IMG/VR virus record: IMGVR_UViG_3300046506_000102
Source of the DNA: an uncultured virus (IMG/VR IMGVR_UViG_3300046506_000102)
Lineage: Duplodnaviria > Heunggongvirae > Uroviricota > Caudoviricetes
Length of the DNA: 64,000 nucleotides
Reading direction: 5' to 3' (one strand)
In this document: positions 27,134-37,826 of the stretch, one piece after another
Position numbering within the stretch: position 1 is the stretch's first letter
How the letters are laid out: each line of letters opens with the position of its first letter
Notes under the pieces: generated by a model
What the model saw: the letters and a program-made list of their open reading frames with translations, nothing else
Databases searched by the model: none
What the model was told of the DNA's origin: nothing
Program-made: the position numbers and the translations under genes

Positions 27134-29847
27134 TAGCGATAATTCCGCTTGTTCAATTGCCTGTTCGCCTGCGCAACGCGACCGGTGAAGTTCGCGCGAT
27201 CTTCGGCTTGCGCTTGCTTCAACTTGTCGAGATCGTCAGATGAAACGCTGCCGCCGATGTGATACGTGTTCTGCGGCGCATAGACGACGCTTTGCGAACT
27301 GCTGTTGTCGTTGCTCGCCTGTTGACCGTACATCTGAACGCCAAGCGCACCCGATGGCCCGCGCTTCAACGGCAAGATGCCTTCCGGCCCCGCCTCGCCC
27401 ATCAACCCCGCACCCGATGCGAATTTGAAAAGCGTCGGTGACTTCACGATTTGACCGGAGAACGCACTAAGGCTTGGCGAGTTGTAAACGCCACCAAGCG
27501 CGTTCGCCACAAGCGGCGCACCGCCTAGCGACGTTGGTCCGACCGCACCGGGCACGCCACCATTGGAGAAGCCGAACAAACCGCCGATGCCACCACCGAA
27601 GCCACCCAACGTTGCTTGCAACGCCTTCGCGATCGGCGCGAGTATCAACATTTTAATGATCATCTGTTGAATGGCTTGCAGGACAATCACGCCCATGTTT
27701 TTGAAGCCCTGCCCCAATGACGTGACGCCGTTCATTACGTCTTGGATCGGCTGCACAAGGCTGTTGAGCGCGCTGGTAACGCCCGTATCGAGCACCTTTG
27801 CAAAGTTGCTGCTATCCAATTCGAGTTGCTTCAACTGCTGCAACGGTGCTGCCGCAACTGCCGCCGCGTCCGAAGTGGCTTTGATGTTGCGCGCAAGCAC
27901 TAGCTGTGCTGCGGCCATTTGTTCGGTATTGGTCTTATCGACCAAACCTTGATCAATCCAATGTTGCAGAGTATCGGACGCTGCCTTTTGCGCCGATTGC
28001 ATGTTGAAAATGCCCGCCGTCGCCTGTTGATTGACGCGGTTCATTTCGGCTTGTGCCTGAACACCGAGCAAGATTTTTTTCGCCATGGCGTCGTTAACTC
28101 CGACACCTTGCAAGCCTGCCGCGTTTAATTCGAGTTGCTTTGATGTAACTTGCTGCTGAACAGTGGCGAGATCGCCAAGAATAGAGATACGCGCTTGCGC
28201 GTCGCTATTCTCTTTCATCAGTTGATCGTGCGTTTTCGGTTGATCGCCTTTTGCGGCCTTGTCGGTTTCCGATTGCACAGGACCGATAAAGCCTTTTTCA
28301 CCCGGCAACGGATTGAATTTCGGCCCCATGAATTGCTGACTATTCGGATCAAGTGAGTTTTTCTGTTGGGTCGGGCCTTTCCCGTAAAGACCGCCTGATG
28401 CTTCGGCGTAAATACCTCTTACGGCGTTGACGGCTTCAACAATCTTCGCCAACTTTTCGAGGCCCGGCAACGCATCGGTTGCAAGCGACTTGAGATAATT
28501 AGAGACTTGCGTGGTTGCCTTATTCCAAGCATCGTCAAACTCGCGCGCCTTAGCGATCATGTTTGTTTCAGCGTCGCTATTGAATTGGACGGCGTTGGCG
28601 GATGCCGCTTTGATTGCCGCACCACCTTGCGCCATGAAACGCACAAATGATTGCGTTGTTGGCAATCCAGCGGCTTGCAGAATGTTGATGCGCTGCTGAC
28701 CATCTGCCGTTTTAGCGACAAGATCGGCAACAGACATCAGCGATGAAAGATTGTCTTTGACCTGAATTCCGTTCGCGCGAAACAAATCGTTCAAGCCGCC
28801 CATGTTATGGGATGCTTCGCTTACACCCTTCGCGATGGCGTTGATTGCGGTTTCGAAATCGTCCGCTGACACGCCTTTGAAAGACATTGCTTGCTGCAAA
28901 GCGTGCAATTGGGCAATCGTGAAATTCGATCGCTCGCTTAGATCATCCAGAACAAGAAGACTTTTCGTCGCTGCAATAGCGAGCGCACCGAACGCGATGA
29001 CAATTCCGGCGATACCACCGATGACCAACGTTCCCGCCGTGATGAATTTCGCGAACATGCCGATCGCGTCGCCAAACGCTTGCTTAATTCCGCCCGGCCC
29101 GCTTGCGGCATAGGAAAGGTGGTTTAGCTGTTGCGTCAACACCATTGACGGCGGCATTCCGGACGCCAGCCCTTCAACCATGCTTCGGATTGAATGTTGC
29201 GCAGCCATTGCTTGAGTGGATAACCCTGCGTGACTATGCGCGAGGTTATCGTTCGCGCCCGCTGCGGCTTTCGCCGTGCTGTTGAACGCGACATATTGCG
29301 CGTTGGTGCCTCTAATCGCTTCAACTTGTTTGGTGAAAGCAATTTTAGTGTCGGTAATTGCTTCATTCGCTTCGTTTTGCGAGATAGCACCGACTTTCAA
29401 CGCGTTGTTGATTTCCGCTAGCGTCGCTTTGTATTGCTGCCCGGCTGCGAACAATGGATTGAATTTCGCGCGCAATGCATCCAAGCTTGCACCATACGCC
29501 GCAATATCTTCCGCGCGACCTTTGGTGTCACCCGGTAGTGAAACGCCAGCGTATTTGTTGACGGTCGATTGAATTGCGGCAAGCCTTCGCAAGCTCGCGG
29601 CTTGGTTGTCGTTCGCAGCCGCAGCCGCATCCGCTACCTTGGCCGCTGCGGCGGTTGTCTGCGTTGTGGAGCCGACTGCCGCAGCCATCACCTTCGCCGC
29701 GCCCCCGGTATTGGTCAGCGCAACCGCTGCGTTATCGGCGGCAGTCTCAACGGCCTTTGCCGCTGGCACAAGGTTGCGCAGAGCCGGTAAGGCTTGCTCT
29801 AGCCCGGACGTGTCGGAAGCGAAGCCGATTTGCGCAATGTCAGCCAT
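27133..29847 (-). CDS. Tape measure protein
   Basis: 904 aa Ala-rich helical protein with C-terminal GLMGEAGPEGILPLKRG. Confidence 0.92.
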   Translation of the reverse strand: MADIAQIGFASDTSGLEQALPALRNLVPAAKAVETAADNAAVALTNTGGAAKVMAAAVGSTTQTTAAAAKVADAAAAANDNQAASLRRLAAIQSTVNKYAGVSLPGDTKGRAEDIAAYGASLDALRAKFNPLFAAGQQYKATLAEINNALKVGAISQNEANEAITDTKIAFTKQVEAIRGTNAQYVAFNSTAKAAAGANDNLAHSHAGLSTQAMAAQHSIRSMVEGLASGMPPSMVLTQQLNHLSYAASGPGGIKQAFGDAIGMFAKFITAGTLVIGGIAGIVIAFGALAIAATKSLLVLDDLSERSNFTIAQLHALQQAMSFKGVSADDFETAINAIAKGVSEASHNMGGLNDLFRANGIQVKDNLSSLMSVADLVAKTADGQQRINILQAAGLPTTQSFVRFMAQGGAAIKAASANAVQFNSDAETNMIAKAREFDDAWNKATTQVSNYLKSLATDALPGLEKLAKIVEAVNAVRGIYAEASGGLYGKGPTQQKNSLDPNSQQFMGPKFNPLPGEKGFIGPVQSETDKAAKGDQPKTHDQLMKENSDAQARISILGDLATVQQQVTSKQLELNAAGLQGVGVNDAMAKKILLGVQAQAEMNRVNQQATAGIFNMQSAQKAASDTLQHWIDQGLVDKTNTEQMAAAQLVLARNIKATSDAAAVAAAPLQQLKQLELDSSNFAKVLDTGVTSALNSLVQPIQDVMNGVTSLGQGFKNMGVIVLQAIQQMIIKMLILAPIAKALQATLGGFGGGIGGLFGFSNGGVPGAVGPTSLGGAPLVANALGGVYNSPSLSAFSGQIVKSPTLFKFASGAGLMGEAGPEGILPLKRGPSGALGVQMYGQQASNDNSSSQSVVYAPQNTYHIGGSVSSDDLDKLKQAQAEDRANFTGRVAQANRQLNKRNYR

Positions 29848-29859
29848 ATGGCCCGCCCC

Positions 29860-30704
29860 TTATCGCTGCCGCGCGGCAGCTTCCATTTCAAGCCGCTGTG
29901 CTTCGGCCCGCCTTTCGTGATACGCCCGCAACTCGTTGTTGGTTTCTTCACAGAACGCGGCATCCATCGCACGCAAAATAGCATATTCGTCCGCACTTAC
30001 CACACGGTCTAATGCTGTTTTCCATGCCAAAAATTCGGACCAAGGAATAGGGAAGCAAACCCCATCATCAACCCGCCTCACGCCGTCCGATACTTCGAAA
30101 TACCACGACCACAGATATTCACCGCCCTCCGGAATGATGAACTCCGGAGAAGCCGTGTTGAATTGTTCGTTGCGTTCACGTCGCGTTTTGCCGTCTTCGT
30201 CCGGTGTTTCATACCGGACGTGAACAGAAATTGCCTCGCAAAGCGCGATTTCTAAGTCTGAAAAAAACTTGCGGTGTCGCCGATCTTTTCGCTGATCTGA
30301 TCGCGAAACCACGGCAATTCATCAAAGACTTTGTAGACCATCGTTTGATTGAACGCTGGTTTCTCACCGTGGAACAACGTCGGTTCAAGATGCGTCTTTG
30401 CGGGGATGATCGTTTCACCTTCCCTGCGTTCCGGTTCGTCAACAACTTCCACACCGCTCCAATCCCAACCGGTCATTGCCGTAAAGCAAATAAGGTTGTG
30501 ATTGGCTTCGATCTGATCAGCGTCAAAAGACTTTCCACGACGCGAAAGAACGCTGGCTTGATTTTGAATTTTTTTCTTGACCGCTTTCAGCGTTTCGTCA
30601 TCCAGCGACAAAAGCGGAACCTTGATGCCGATCATTTCGAGCGTGCGCGGATGAACGATTTCAAGAATGGTTTCGGCCGGTTTGATGTTTGCAAGTTCGG
30701 GCAT
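29860..30704 (-). CDS. Tail assembly chaperone pair (G 30252-30704, GT via -1 frameshift to 29860)
   Basis: Between tail tube and TMP; slippery GTTTTTTTC (T-run 30261-30267) just before the G stop; overlapping open frame continues to 29860. Confidence 0.8.
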
Positions 30705-30787
30705 CGTCGCTGTTTCCTTTGGTGTCGCTGTTGCAGATAAAGAAATAGCGGCGAGGTTTTACGCTCGCCGCCATCGATCGATATTGA

Positions 30788-31591
30788 TTAGGTAACTGCT
30801 GCCGTTGCAACCGAGTAGGCGGACGCCGAACCGCTGGCGTTCGTTGCGTTGACACGCGCCTGAATGATCTTGCCAACCTGCGCGGCGGTCAGTGTGAACG
30901 TGTTGGCGGTTGCGCCAACAATTGCGACACCGCCCGCGTACCACTGATACGTATAGGTAATGACGGCATCACCCGTAAACGTGCCGTTCGAAAGATTGAG
31001 CGTCGTTCCGTTCGTTGCCGCGCCAGTGATAGCCGGAATAACGGTGTTAGTCGGCGCGACGCCGCCCGCGAGCGGATTAACGACGACTTCCTGTTGGTTC
31101 AGCGCGAGTGTGAAAACTTCAAGGTCGAAGTCTTCATTCTTGCCGTTCGGGCGCGTCGGTCCCATCACCAAGCCGCGATTGTAAATCACGGTACCCACGC
31201 CGCCGACAGTGGCCGGATCATTGCGCACCATCTTGAACGCGTAATTCAGATTGGTCTTCGCAGCGGCGCGCAACGCGATCTGACCGGGATCGGTCGGGAT
31301 GCGTGCGAATTCGAGCGTGGGCGATCCGGCATCGGTCAGGCCCTTTGCCTTCTGAATAACGGTGGTGTCCCACGTGTTGTAATTCAGAACGTTGGTCTTC
31401 GAACCGGTTTCACCCACGTTGCCGATGGATTTCACCTGAACCCAAACCAGCGCTTCGAAGTCGGCTTGAACCAAATCGGACTGTTGCGGAGTGGTGCAGA
31501 AATAGAGAACCGAACCCGCGTTCGAATTGGCGAACGCGACCGGGACAAGCGCGCTCGAAAGCAGCGCGGCGGCTAGGAACTTGGTTTTCAT
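30788..31591 (-). CDS. Major tail tube protein with C-terminal Ig-like domain and N-terminal leader
   Basis: IGNVGETG, KAKGLTDAG, DPGQIAL tube motifs; PTNTVIPAITG...YTYQW Ig-like; SD GAAGGGG before ATG 31591. Confidence 0.88.
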   Translation of the reverse strand: MKTKFLAAALLSSALVPVAFANSNAGSVLYFCTTPQQSDLVQADFEALVWVQVKSIGNVGETGSKTNVLNYNTWDTTVIQKAKGLTDAGSPTLEFARIPTDPGQIALRAAAKTNLNYAFKMVRNDPATVGGVGTVIYNRGLVMGPTRPNGKNEDFDLEVFTLALNQQEVVVNPLAGGVAPTNTVIPAITGAATNGTTLNLSNGTFTGDAVITYTYQWYAGGVAIVGATANTFTLTAAQVGKIIQARVNATNASGSASAYSVATAAVT

Positions 31592-31632
31592 AGGAAACCC
31601 CTTCGGAATGGATGAATAGCGCCACGCGAACA

Positions 31633-32067
31633 CTATGGGCGAAAACACCTATACATTATTCCAACCGGATAAAGCAATTCCGATCCATTGACCACCTGAC
31701 CGGACGCCACAGGATTTTCGTAAACCTCAACACTTGCTTGACCACTTACCAACCGTGTCTTTTTCGGGAAGAACGACGCGAGTTGATCCAAGTAAGTCAT
31801 GGGTGGATAGGCACCCTGTTCATCGATCGGCCAATGTAGAATGATGCGAAACGTGCCTTGATACACGCGGCTATCATCCCAATAGTCGCCAGTTCGGTTG
31901 TTCACGATGTTGACGAATTCGACGTATTTCCCATCCGGTGCTTTCTTGGTCGTGTCGAAAGTCAGGCCGATCGCTTTGATTGGCATGGTCGGAATTGCGC
32001 TCGCTGCAACGGCTGCAATTCCCGCCGCTTGCAATGCTTTCAATACGTCAGTTTCAATCATGTTCAT
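31633..32067 (-). CDS. Tail terminator protein
   Basis: Immediately upstream of the tail tube; size and position typical. Confidence 0.65.
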   Translation of the reverse strand: MNMIETDVLKALQAAGIAAVAASAIPTMPIKAIGLTFDTTKKAPDGKYVEFVNIVNNRTGDYWDDSRVYQGTFRIILHWPIDEQGAYPPMTYLDQLASFFPKKTRLVSGQASVEVYENPVASGQVVNGSELLYPVGIMYRCFRP

Positions 32068-32558
32068 TTGCTGCCCCTGTTTGCCGGTGATCGCGCGATG
32101 ATTTGCGCTGCAACTCTGTTAACGATCGTCTGCCAGTTTTGAATTCCGCTGATCAGAAACCCGTCATAGGCTTCGCGATACTTCGCGTAATTCGCGGTCC
32201 ACCCGAAATATATCGTTTGACCAAGCGTGAAACTCGCGAAATCGGCGATTGCCGTTGCGTCATTCCATGCATATTTCTTGTCAGGATCACCGCGAACCGG
32301 CCCGCTTGGAATTCCGGTTAGTGACATCTGACCGGACGCACGCAAAAAGCCCGTATCAACTCGCATCTTGCCGCCCTTCCCTACAGGCGTTTGAATTTCT
32401 TCAATCAACTCTTGAGTTGATTGCATCGCGAGCGCTCGCATTCGCTTTTCGGTTTCGGTGACAAAGCCCTCAACCGTCGCGCTGAAATTGTAGTTTCGGC
32501 TTCCAAGCGTTCTTTCGTAATTGTATGGGCCGTGTTTCGCTTGTCTTGCCATGATCAA
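32064..32558 (-). CDS. HK97 gp10-like neck/tail completion protein
   Basis: TP...RVDTGFLRAS...GWTANYA..RE motifs. Confidence 0.75.
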   Translation of the reverse strand: MIMARQAKHGPYNYERTLGSRNYNFSATVEGFVTETEKRMRALAMQSTQELIEEIQTPVGKGGKMRVDTGFLRASGQMSLTGIPSGPVRGDPDKKYAWNDATAIADFASFTLGQTIYFGWTANYAKYREAYDGFLISGIQNWQTIVNRVAAQIIARSPANRGSK

Positions 32559-32637
32559 CGACTTTCCAGATGGTCAAAATAGCGCTTGATTTGCGTTTCC
32601 ATTGTTGATAGACCGATATTCCAACAGTGGATTACCC

Positions 32638-33708
32638 ATGGCTGAAACGCTTGCCGATCTTGAGCGGTTACTTGGTCCGCCTTCCGAATTCATACTTTCT
32701 CAACGCACCATTCAGCCGTTGCGGCGTTGGGCTATTGCGATCGGCGTTGCGCCGGTCGAAGTCTACGCCATGTCAAACATTGAACTTTCCAACCTTTACC
32801 ACGAACGGGGCGAGGAAATAAAGTCGGATGCGAGCGAATTGCGGCGGATAGCTGCTGATTTGCTCTTGAAACTTACCGCCACCGTCCAGAGCAACAAGGT
32901 TGATCCGGAACTATTGCGATCGATCGTCCGCGACGAAATCGAACACTTGCCAACGCGCAAGATCGAAATATTAGGGCTGCAATCGAACATCATTCTTGAC
33001 GGCCCGTTGCACTATTCAACCGAACGCGTGATACAGATTTGCGCGATCAACCATCCGATTATGATGGTTGGCCCGGCAGGCTGCGGAAAAACCACGATCG
33101 GCAACCACGCGGCCCGTGCGCTCAATCTGCCGTTCTACATCACAAGCACTGTCACCGAGACGCACCAACTGACCGGCTTTATTGACGGCCACGGCGTCTA
33201 TCACCGCACGCCTTTTCGCGACGCGTTCGAATACGGCGGTTTGTGGGTTCCTGATGAAATCGACGCTTGGGACGCGGCGGCTTTGTTGGTCGCTAACAGC
33301 GCCCTAGCGAACGGCTATAGCGTGTTTCCGGATAGCCCTGCCCCGATTGCCCGGCATCCGAATTTCCGCATGGTAGCCACGGCAAACACGTTCGGGCACG
33401 GCGCGGATCGGGTCTATGTCGGGCGCAACGAATTGGACGCGGCGAGCCTAGACCGGTTCGCGACGATCAACGTTGATTATGATTTGACGCTTGAACGCCT
33501 GCTTTGCAACAGCAACGTTGAATGGCTGGAATACGTTTGGAAAATCCGCAAGGAAGTCACCGAACACAAGATCAGGCACGTTGTATCAACTCGCGCGATC
33601 ATCATGGGATCAGCCGCATTGCAGGTTGGAATTCCGCGCGATGAAGTCGAGGAAATTTATCTGTTCAAGGGAATGAGCAAGAAAGATCGCGATAAAATCG
33701 ACGCATAA
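32638..33708 (+). CDS. MoxR/CobS/CbbQ-type AAA+ ATPase
   Basis: GPAGCGKT, DEID, HPNFRMVATANTFGHG, YVGRNELDAASLDRF. Confidence 0.88.
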   Translation: MAETLADLERLLGPPSEFILSQRTIQPLRRWAIAIGVAPVEVYAMSNIELSNLYHERGEEIKSDASELRRIAADLLLKLTATVQSNKVDPELLRSIVRDEIEHLPTRKIEILGLQSNIILDGPLHYSTERVIQICAINHPIMMVGPAGCGKTTIGNHAARALNLPFYITSTVTETHQLTGFIDGHGVYHRTPFRDAFEYGGLWVPDEIDAWDAAALLVANSALANGYSVFPDSPAPIARHPNFRMVATANTFGHGADRVYVGRNELDAASLDRFATINVDYDLTLERLLCNSNVEWLEYVWKIRKEVTEHKIRHVVSTRAIIMGSAALQVGIPRDEVEEIYLFKGMSKKDRDKIDA

Positions 33709-33788
33709 ACCATCGCAAATTACACCGATTGACAAACGCAATTATCATCGCTATAATGATCGCGTTGTTCAATTGGAGAAACACGACG

Positions 33789-33980
33789 ATGGCAGCGAAG
33801 AAAGCTAAGTATGCGAACGTTGACGAAGCCGCCGCATTCCTCAAAAGCGAAGGCTTTGAATTCGTCAAGATGAACGGGCGTTGGGAAGTCGATATGTCTA
33901 ACGACGGCGGCGGCAAGGAATGCGCCTTGATCGAACCGCACGGGGATGGCGTCAAAATCGTTGATTGGCATCAGGATTAA
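33789..33980 (+). CDS. Small hypothetical early protein
   Basis: Downstream of the promoter at 33729; SD GGAG. Confidence 0.6.
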   Translation: MAAKKAKYANVDEAAAFLKSEGFEFVKMNGRWEVDMSNDGGGKECALIEPHGDGVKIVDWHQD

Positions 33981-33985
33981 TCCAG

Positions 33986-34282
33986 ATGGTCGGTAACTCA
34001 CCATCTGGCGGTTATCGTCGCAAGAATTTCCAAGATGATGCTTATGATCATCTTGGGCCGCGTGTTCGTCGCGCGCTGCAAGAGGCTGTGACCGCATGGG
34101 ACGCGGATTGGTGTTTGCGCATGGTGCGCAAACACGGTGCTGATTACGTGATCAAGGCTATTCACGAAGGCGACAAACAACAGGCTTCGCGAACCATTCA
34201 AATGAAGCCCGGTCAAAAGGGCTTTCCGTCATCGTATGCGGATAAGTCGTGCCGCGTGCCGATATTGCGAGCTAACTGGTAA
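33986..34282 (+). CDS. Hypothetical protein
   Basis: Packed between neighbours. Confidence 0.55.
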   Translation: MVGNSPSGGYRRKNFQDDAYDHLGPRVRRALQEAVTAWDADWCLRMVRKHGADYVIKAIHEGDKQQASRTIQMKPGQKGFPSSYADKSCRVPILRANW

Positions 34283-35446
34283 ATGACCGTAACCGTAACC
34301 GGCAAAACCTTTGAATTGCGCGACCGCCTGAAATCATTGGGCGGTCGCTGGAATGCTGAAAGCAAGGGTTGGGAATTTCACTCGCTATCGCCCGCGCATC
34401 GTCGCGAATTGATGGCGCATGTTGGTGTAGTCATCGGCGAGAAATCAACCGAGACACCGAAGCGCATTGATTTTGATACAGATGATGACACCACCGATTT
34501 AGGCGACTTCGGTAAACGGCATTCGCAATCACGATCACCCGGCCGAACCAATATGCATGGTGATGATCCGTCTTGGTTCAACTATTTCCGCGATCAAAAC
34601 CCGATCGGCTTTTTCGGCTATTCCAGCCTTTCGGCGATGGTCAAATACATTGAAGGATTGCCCGAACGCGACCGCAACGGGCGCGGTTGGTTGCGCGGCG
34701 ATGAAAGATGGTCAGGAACCGATTGCATGGGCGATGCAATCGAGATCGCGCGCAAAGGTTGGGCTGATGGCGTTGAACTCGCGCAAGAAATACACGAAAC
34801 GCTGACCGGTCAACACGCCAAGGAACGCAGGCGAAAACATACCGTCGCGGGCGGATCGGTGAACGTCGGGCGGATGCTTGCAGGTAACCCCGCGCATATG
34901 ATCGCGCGTCCCAAGCGCGAGGGAAAGAAAGTCGTCACGTTCTTTGTTGAGTGTTTCATGTCTGCCGGGATCGATGCCCAAAACGCAATCATTCGCGCGG
35001 CATTGATCGGAGCGATTGCGGACGTTCTCGAAATGAATGGGTATTCCTGCGAAATCGTTTCGATCAGCACCGCTGTAACCGTTCGTCGTAATGATCCGGC
35101 CTATCAAGTCGCAACCACGTTGAAAGCCGCTGGCGAAACGCTGAATTTGGATGACGTTGTTTTCGCGCTAGGTCATCCCGCTTATTTCCGTCGCCTTGTG
35201 TTCGGCTGCGTCGGAAGTGACGACGCTTTGCGAGACGAATGGCGTACGATGGGTTTGCCGTCGCGAGCATTCGACGCCGAACACCCAACGCGCGCAACCG
35301 AGTTATTCGTTGATAAGATCGCGCTCAATCATCAACGCTTGATTGATGACAACGCACCGCTGATCACTCGCGCAATGCAGATTTGGGATTTGATCGTCAA
35401 GGGCGAATTGCCCGTAATGCTTAACCGGGAGACTATCGACGCATGA
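34283..35446 (+). CDS. VWA-like (CobT-type) partner of the AAA+ ATPase
   Basis: GGSVNVGRMLAGNP, beta strand followed by ECFMSAG (degenerate MIDAS), LEMNGYSCEI, HPAYFRR. Confidence 0.65.
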   Translation: MTVTVTGKTFELRDRLKSLGGRWNAESKGWEFHSLSPAHRRELMAHVGVVIGEKSTETPKRIDFDTDDDTTDLGDFGKRHSQSRSPGRTNMHGDDPSWFNYFRDQNPIGFFGYSSLSAMVKYIEGLPERDRNGRGWLRGDERWSGTDCMGDAIEIARKGWADGVELAQEIHETLTGQHAKERRRKHTVAGGSVNVGRMLAGNPAHMIARPKREGKKVVTFFVECFMSAGIDAQNAIIRAALIGAIADVLEMNGYSCEIVSISTAVTVRRNDPAYQVATTLKAAGETLNLDDVVFALGHPAYFRRLVFGCVGSDDALRDEWRTMGLPSRAFDAEHPTRATELFVDKIALNHQRLIDDNAPLITRAMQIWDLIVKGELPVMLNRETIDA

Positions 35447-35700
35447 TCATCGCAATGATTAAAGGCGCAACGCGCGTGTGCGGCAAAGCGCAGGGCTATC
35501 TAGGCTTGCCGGTTCGCGATATGATCATCATCGATAAGGCGAGCGGACATCATGCGCCAGCAATGGAAACCGCTTGGACGCCTTCACCTGATGAACTTGA
35601 CCGGCTGAATAAAGGTGCGAACGTCATCGTTAGAATTTTAGGCGAGGTTCCGCCACCGATGATGTTGACCGTAGACACGGAACTACCGAAAGACGATTGA
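35443..35700 (+). CDS. Hypothetical protein
   Basis: GYLGLPVRD...AWTPSPDELDRLNKGA...PP motif. Confidence 0.65.
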   Translation: MIIAMIKGATRVCGKAQGYLGLPVRDMIIIDKASGHHAPAMETAWTPSPDELDRLNKGANVIVRILGEVPPPMMLTVDTELPKDD

Positions 35701-35731
35701 CCGGAAACTTACCAGCCGGTAAGTTGGCGGA

Positions 35732-35971
35732 ATGAATTTCCAACCCGCCGCTTTCAATCTCGCCGATGCAGCCGCCTATTGTGCGTTGTCTGTTCCGACG
35801 TTTGAGAAGGTTTGCCCGGTCAAGCCCATTGCGTTCACGGATAGCACGCGTGGAAACAGATACTTACGTGTACGGCTTGACGAATGGCTTTTGACGTTAG
35901 ACCCTAATGGCGCGCAGCCGGTCGCGCGCCGATTTGGGGAACGGTTAAGTGGTCGAAGTGAAGTTGCGTGA
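35732..35971 (+). CDS. xis: Excisionase-like winged-helix protein
   Basis: AAAYCALSVPTF...RYLRVRLDEWL; overlaps the integrase start. Confidence 0.7.
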   Translation: MNFQPAAFNLADAAAYCALSVPTFEKVCPVKPIAFTDSTRGNRYLRVRLDEWLLTLDPNGAQPVARRFGERLSGRSEVA

Positions 35972-37112
35972 CTTAAACATCACCCACGCTCGCGGCAAAT
36001 ATTACGTTTATATTCGCTCAACCGGTGCACCACTGGTCAAGGGTTTCGAAGGCGATAAGGTCGCACTTTTGAAACATCTGGAAGGCCCGCAATTCCTTCA
36101 AGTCTACAATCGCCCTCGCCTCGCCAAGCGTGCAACCGCAAATCTCGGAATTGAAACTCTAGGCGGTTTCATCAATTGGTTTACAAACGGCGATATCGAC
36201 CGAACGCTTAACGAGCGCAAAGACCCGAACAGATTTGGTTCTGATCCGAACGGTTATCCGAAGTGGCGAAACAAATTCGCCGCGTCAACTCGCGATGATT
36301 ATCTAAAATGTTTCGAGTACGTCCGTTCTGAATTCGATATTCTATTGAAGGATATCGGCACTTCCGATTTATACGATGTTCGCGACCGTTGCGCGAATGA
36401 GAAGAAAACGCGTTTCGCCGACAAGCTGATAACGTCGTTGTCATCGCTATTCAGACAAGCGGTTAAACGTGATCGAAAGACAGGGATGAAGTTTAATCCA
36501 TGTTCAGGCATGGATAAAATCCACCAAGCTGATCCGAATTCTAATCGCGAATGGCGTCCGGAAGAATGGGAGTATGTTCGCGAGCATGCACCGATGGAAA
36601 TGCTAATCCCGTTCATGCTCGCACGGTTTGCCGGTTTGCGTGGTCAAACGATTATCACCGTCAATCGAAAAATGGTCGAAGACCATCCGCTAACTGGTAA
36701 AGCTATTCGCTATGTTCCGCATAAGAACGCGGCAGTTGTAAAACAAGTTCTGTTGCCGATGCTACCTGAACTGCAAGAATTTCTAGCAACATTGAAGGTT
36801 GAGCGCGCGGACGGCTTGATCGCTCACCGCGATAGCGGAAGCAAATGGGGGACGCCGAACTACCTTCAAAAATACGTGAGCGCGTGGCTTAGAGAACAGG
36901 AACGGGCCGGGCATATCGGCGCGGGGACGACTTTACACGGCTTGCGCGTGACCTACGCCGCATGGTGGAAGCGTCACGGCGGCGCTACTGACCGCGAAGT
37001 AGCTGACCTATTGGGCGACGATAGCGAGGCGATGGGCGCGCACTACACGCGGCACGTTGACGCGGAAGTGAGCATCAATCGATCTTTCGAACGCATTAAG
37101 AATAAGCCGTGA
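35949..37112 (+). CDS. int: Tyrosine integrase
   Basis: FAGLRG (Arg), HGLR (HxxR), LLGD, HYT (catalytic Tyr). Confidence 0.9.
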   Translation: MVEVKLRDLNITHARGKYYVYIRSTGAPLVKGFEGDKVALLKHLEGPQFLQVYNRPRLAKRATANLGIETLGGFINWFTNGDIDRTLNERKDPNRFGSDPNGYPKWRNKFAASTRDDYLKCFEYVRSEFDILLKDIGTSDLYDVRDRCANEKKTRFADKLITSLSSLFRQAVKRDRKTGMKFNPCSGMDKIHQADPNSNREWRPEEWEYVREHAPMEMLIPFMLARFAGLRGQTIITVNRKMVEDHPLTGKAIRYVPHKNAAVVKQVLLPMLPELQEFLATLKVERADGLIAHRDSGSKWGTPNYLQKYVSAWLREQERAGHIGAGTTLHGLRVTYAAWWKRHGGATDREVADLLGDDSEAMGAHYTRHVDAEVSINRSFERIKNKP

Positions 37113-37120
37113 ACGCCACT

Positions 37121-37324
37121 TTGCAAAACACATAGGTTTTTCTGCAAAACAGCGCGGCAGGCGACATCAAAACTAAAACAAAATCAATAAGATGCCGGGA
37201 AACGAAACATACTTGGAAACGGCCGCTAATTCCTGTTGATACACTGAGATCATTGAGGTTTTCCGCAAAACAGCGCGGCCGAACCTAATCGAAACGAATG
37301 GAACAAAACGAGATTTGCAAAACA
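37121..37324. other. Putative attP site
   Basis: Directly after int; four GCAAAACA arm-type repeats (37123, 37144, 37265, 37317), two extended to GCAAAACAGCGCGGC, flanking a central segment with IHF-like AATCAA/TTGATA. Confidence 0.65.
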
Positions 37325-37773
37325 TGAGCGAGCTAGAAGACTTGATTGCATTCATCGCAAGAGCGACGGTCGGGCATAATCCGAGTGCTAAACAAAAGAA
37401 CGTTATTCAAAGAATAAGAACGCTGCTCCTCTCATTATATAGAGACAGGGCGGATAATGATTTTGATCGCGCGCAATCTCAAAAGCCTTCCGTCCGGAAC
37501 ATTCGAGATCGTCAGCTAAGAGAAAAGTACGGAATTACCCTAGACGATTGGGAAAAGATGTTCCTCGCCCAATCCAGCGCATGCGCAATTTGCAAATGCA
37601 CAAATCCCGGTCGTCAATGGCACACGGATCATTGTCACCGAACCGGCAACGTCAGGGGTATTTTGTGCCACGGCTGCAACACCGGTCTTGGGTATTTTTG
37701 CGATAGTTCCGCCGCGCTTCAATCGGCTGTGACATATCTCGATATTGCAGCGAAAAATGCAATCATCGCTTGA
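37324..37773 (+). CDS. Endonuclease VII-family HNH protein
   Basis: KYGITL...Q..CAIC...DHCH.TG.VRGILCHGCNTGLG. Confidence 0.85.
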   Translation: MSELEDLIAFIARATVGHNPSAKQKNVIQRIRTLLLSLYRDRADNDFDRAQSQKPSVRNIRDRQLREKYGITLDDWEKMFLAQSSACAICKCTNPGRQWHTDHCHRTGNVRGILCHGCNTGLGYFCDSSAALQSAVTYLDIAAKNAIIA

Positions 37774-37826
37774 CCATCGCAATTTTCATCGCTATAATCA
37801 TTGCATCAATAATAGGAGGATAGACC

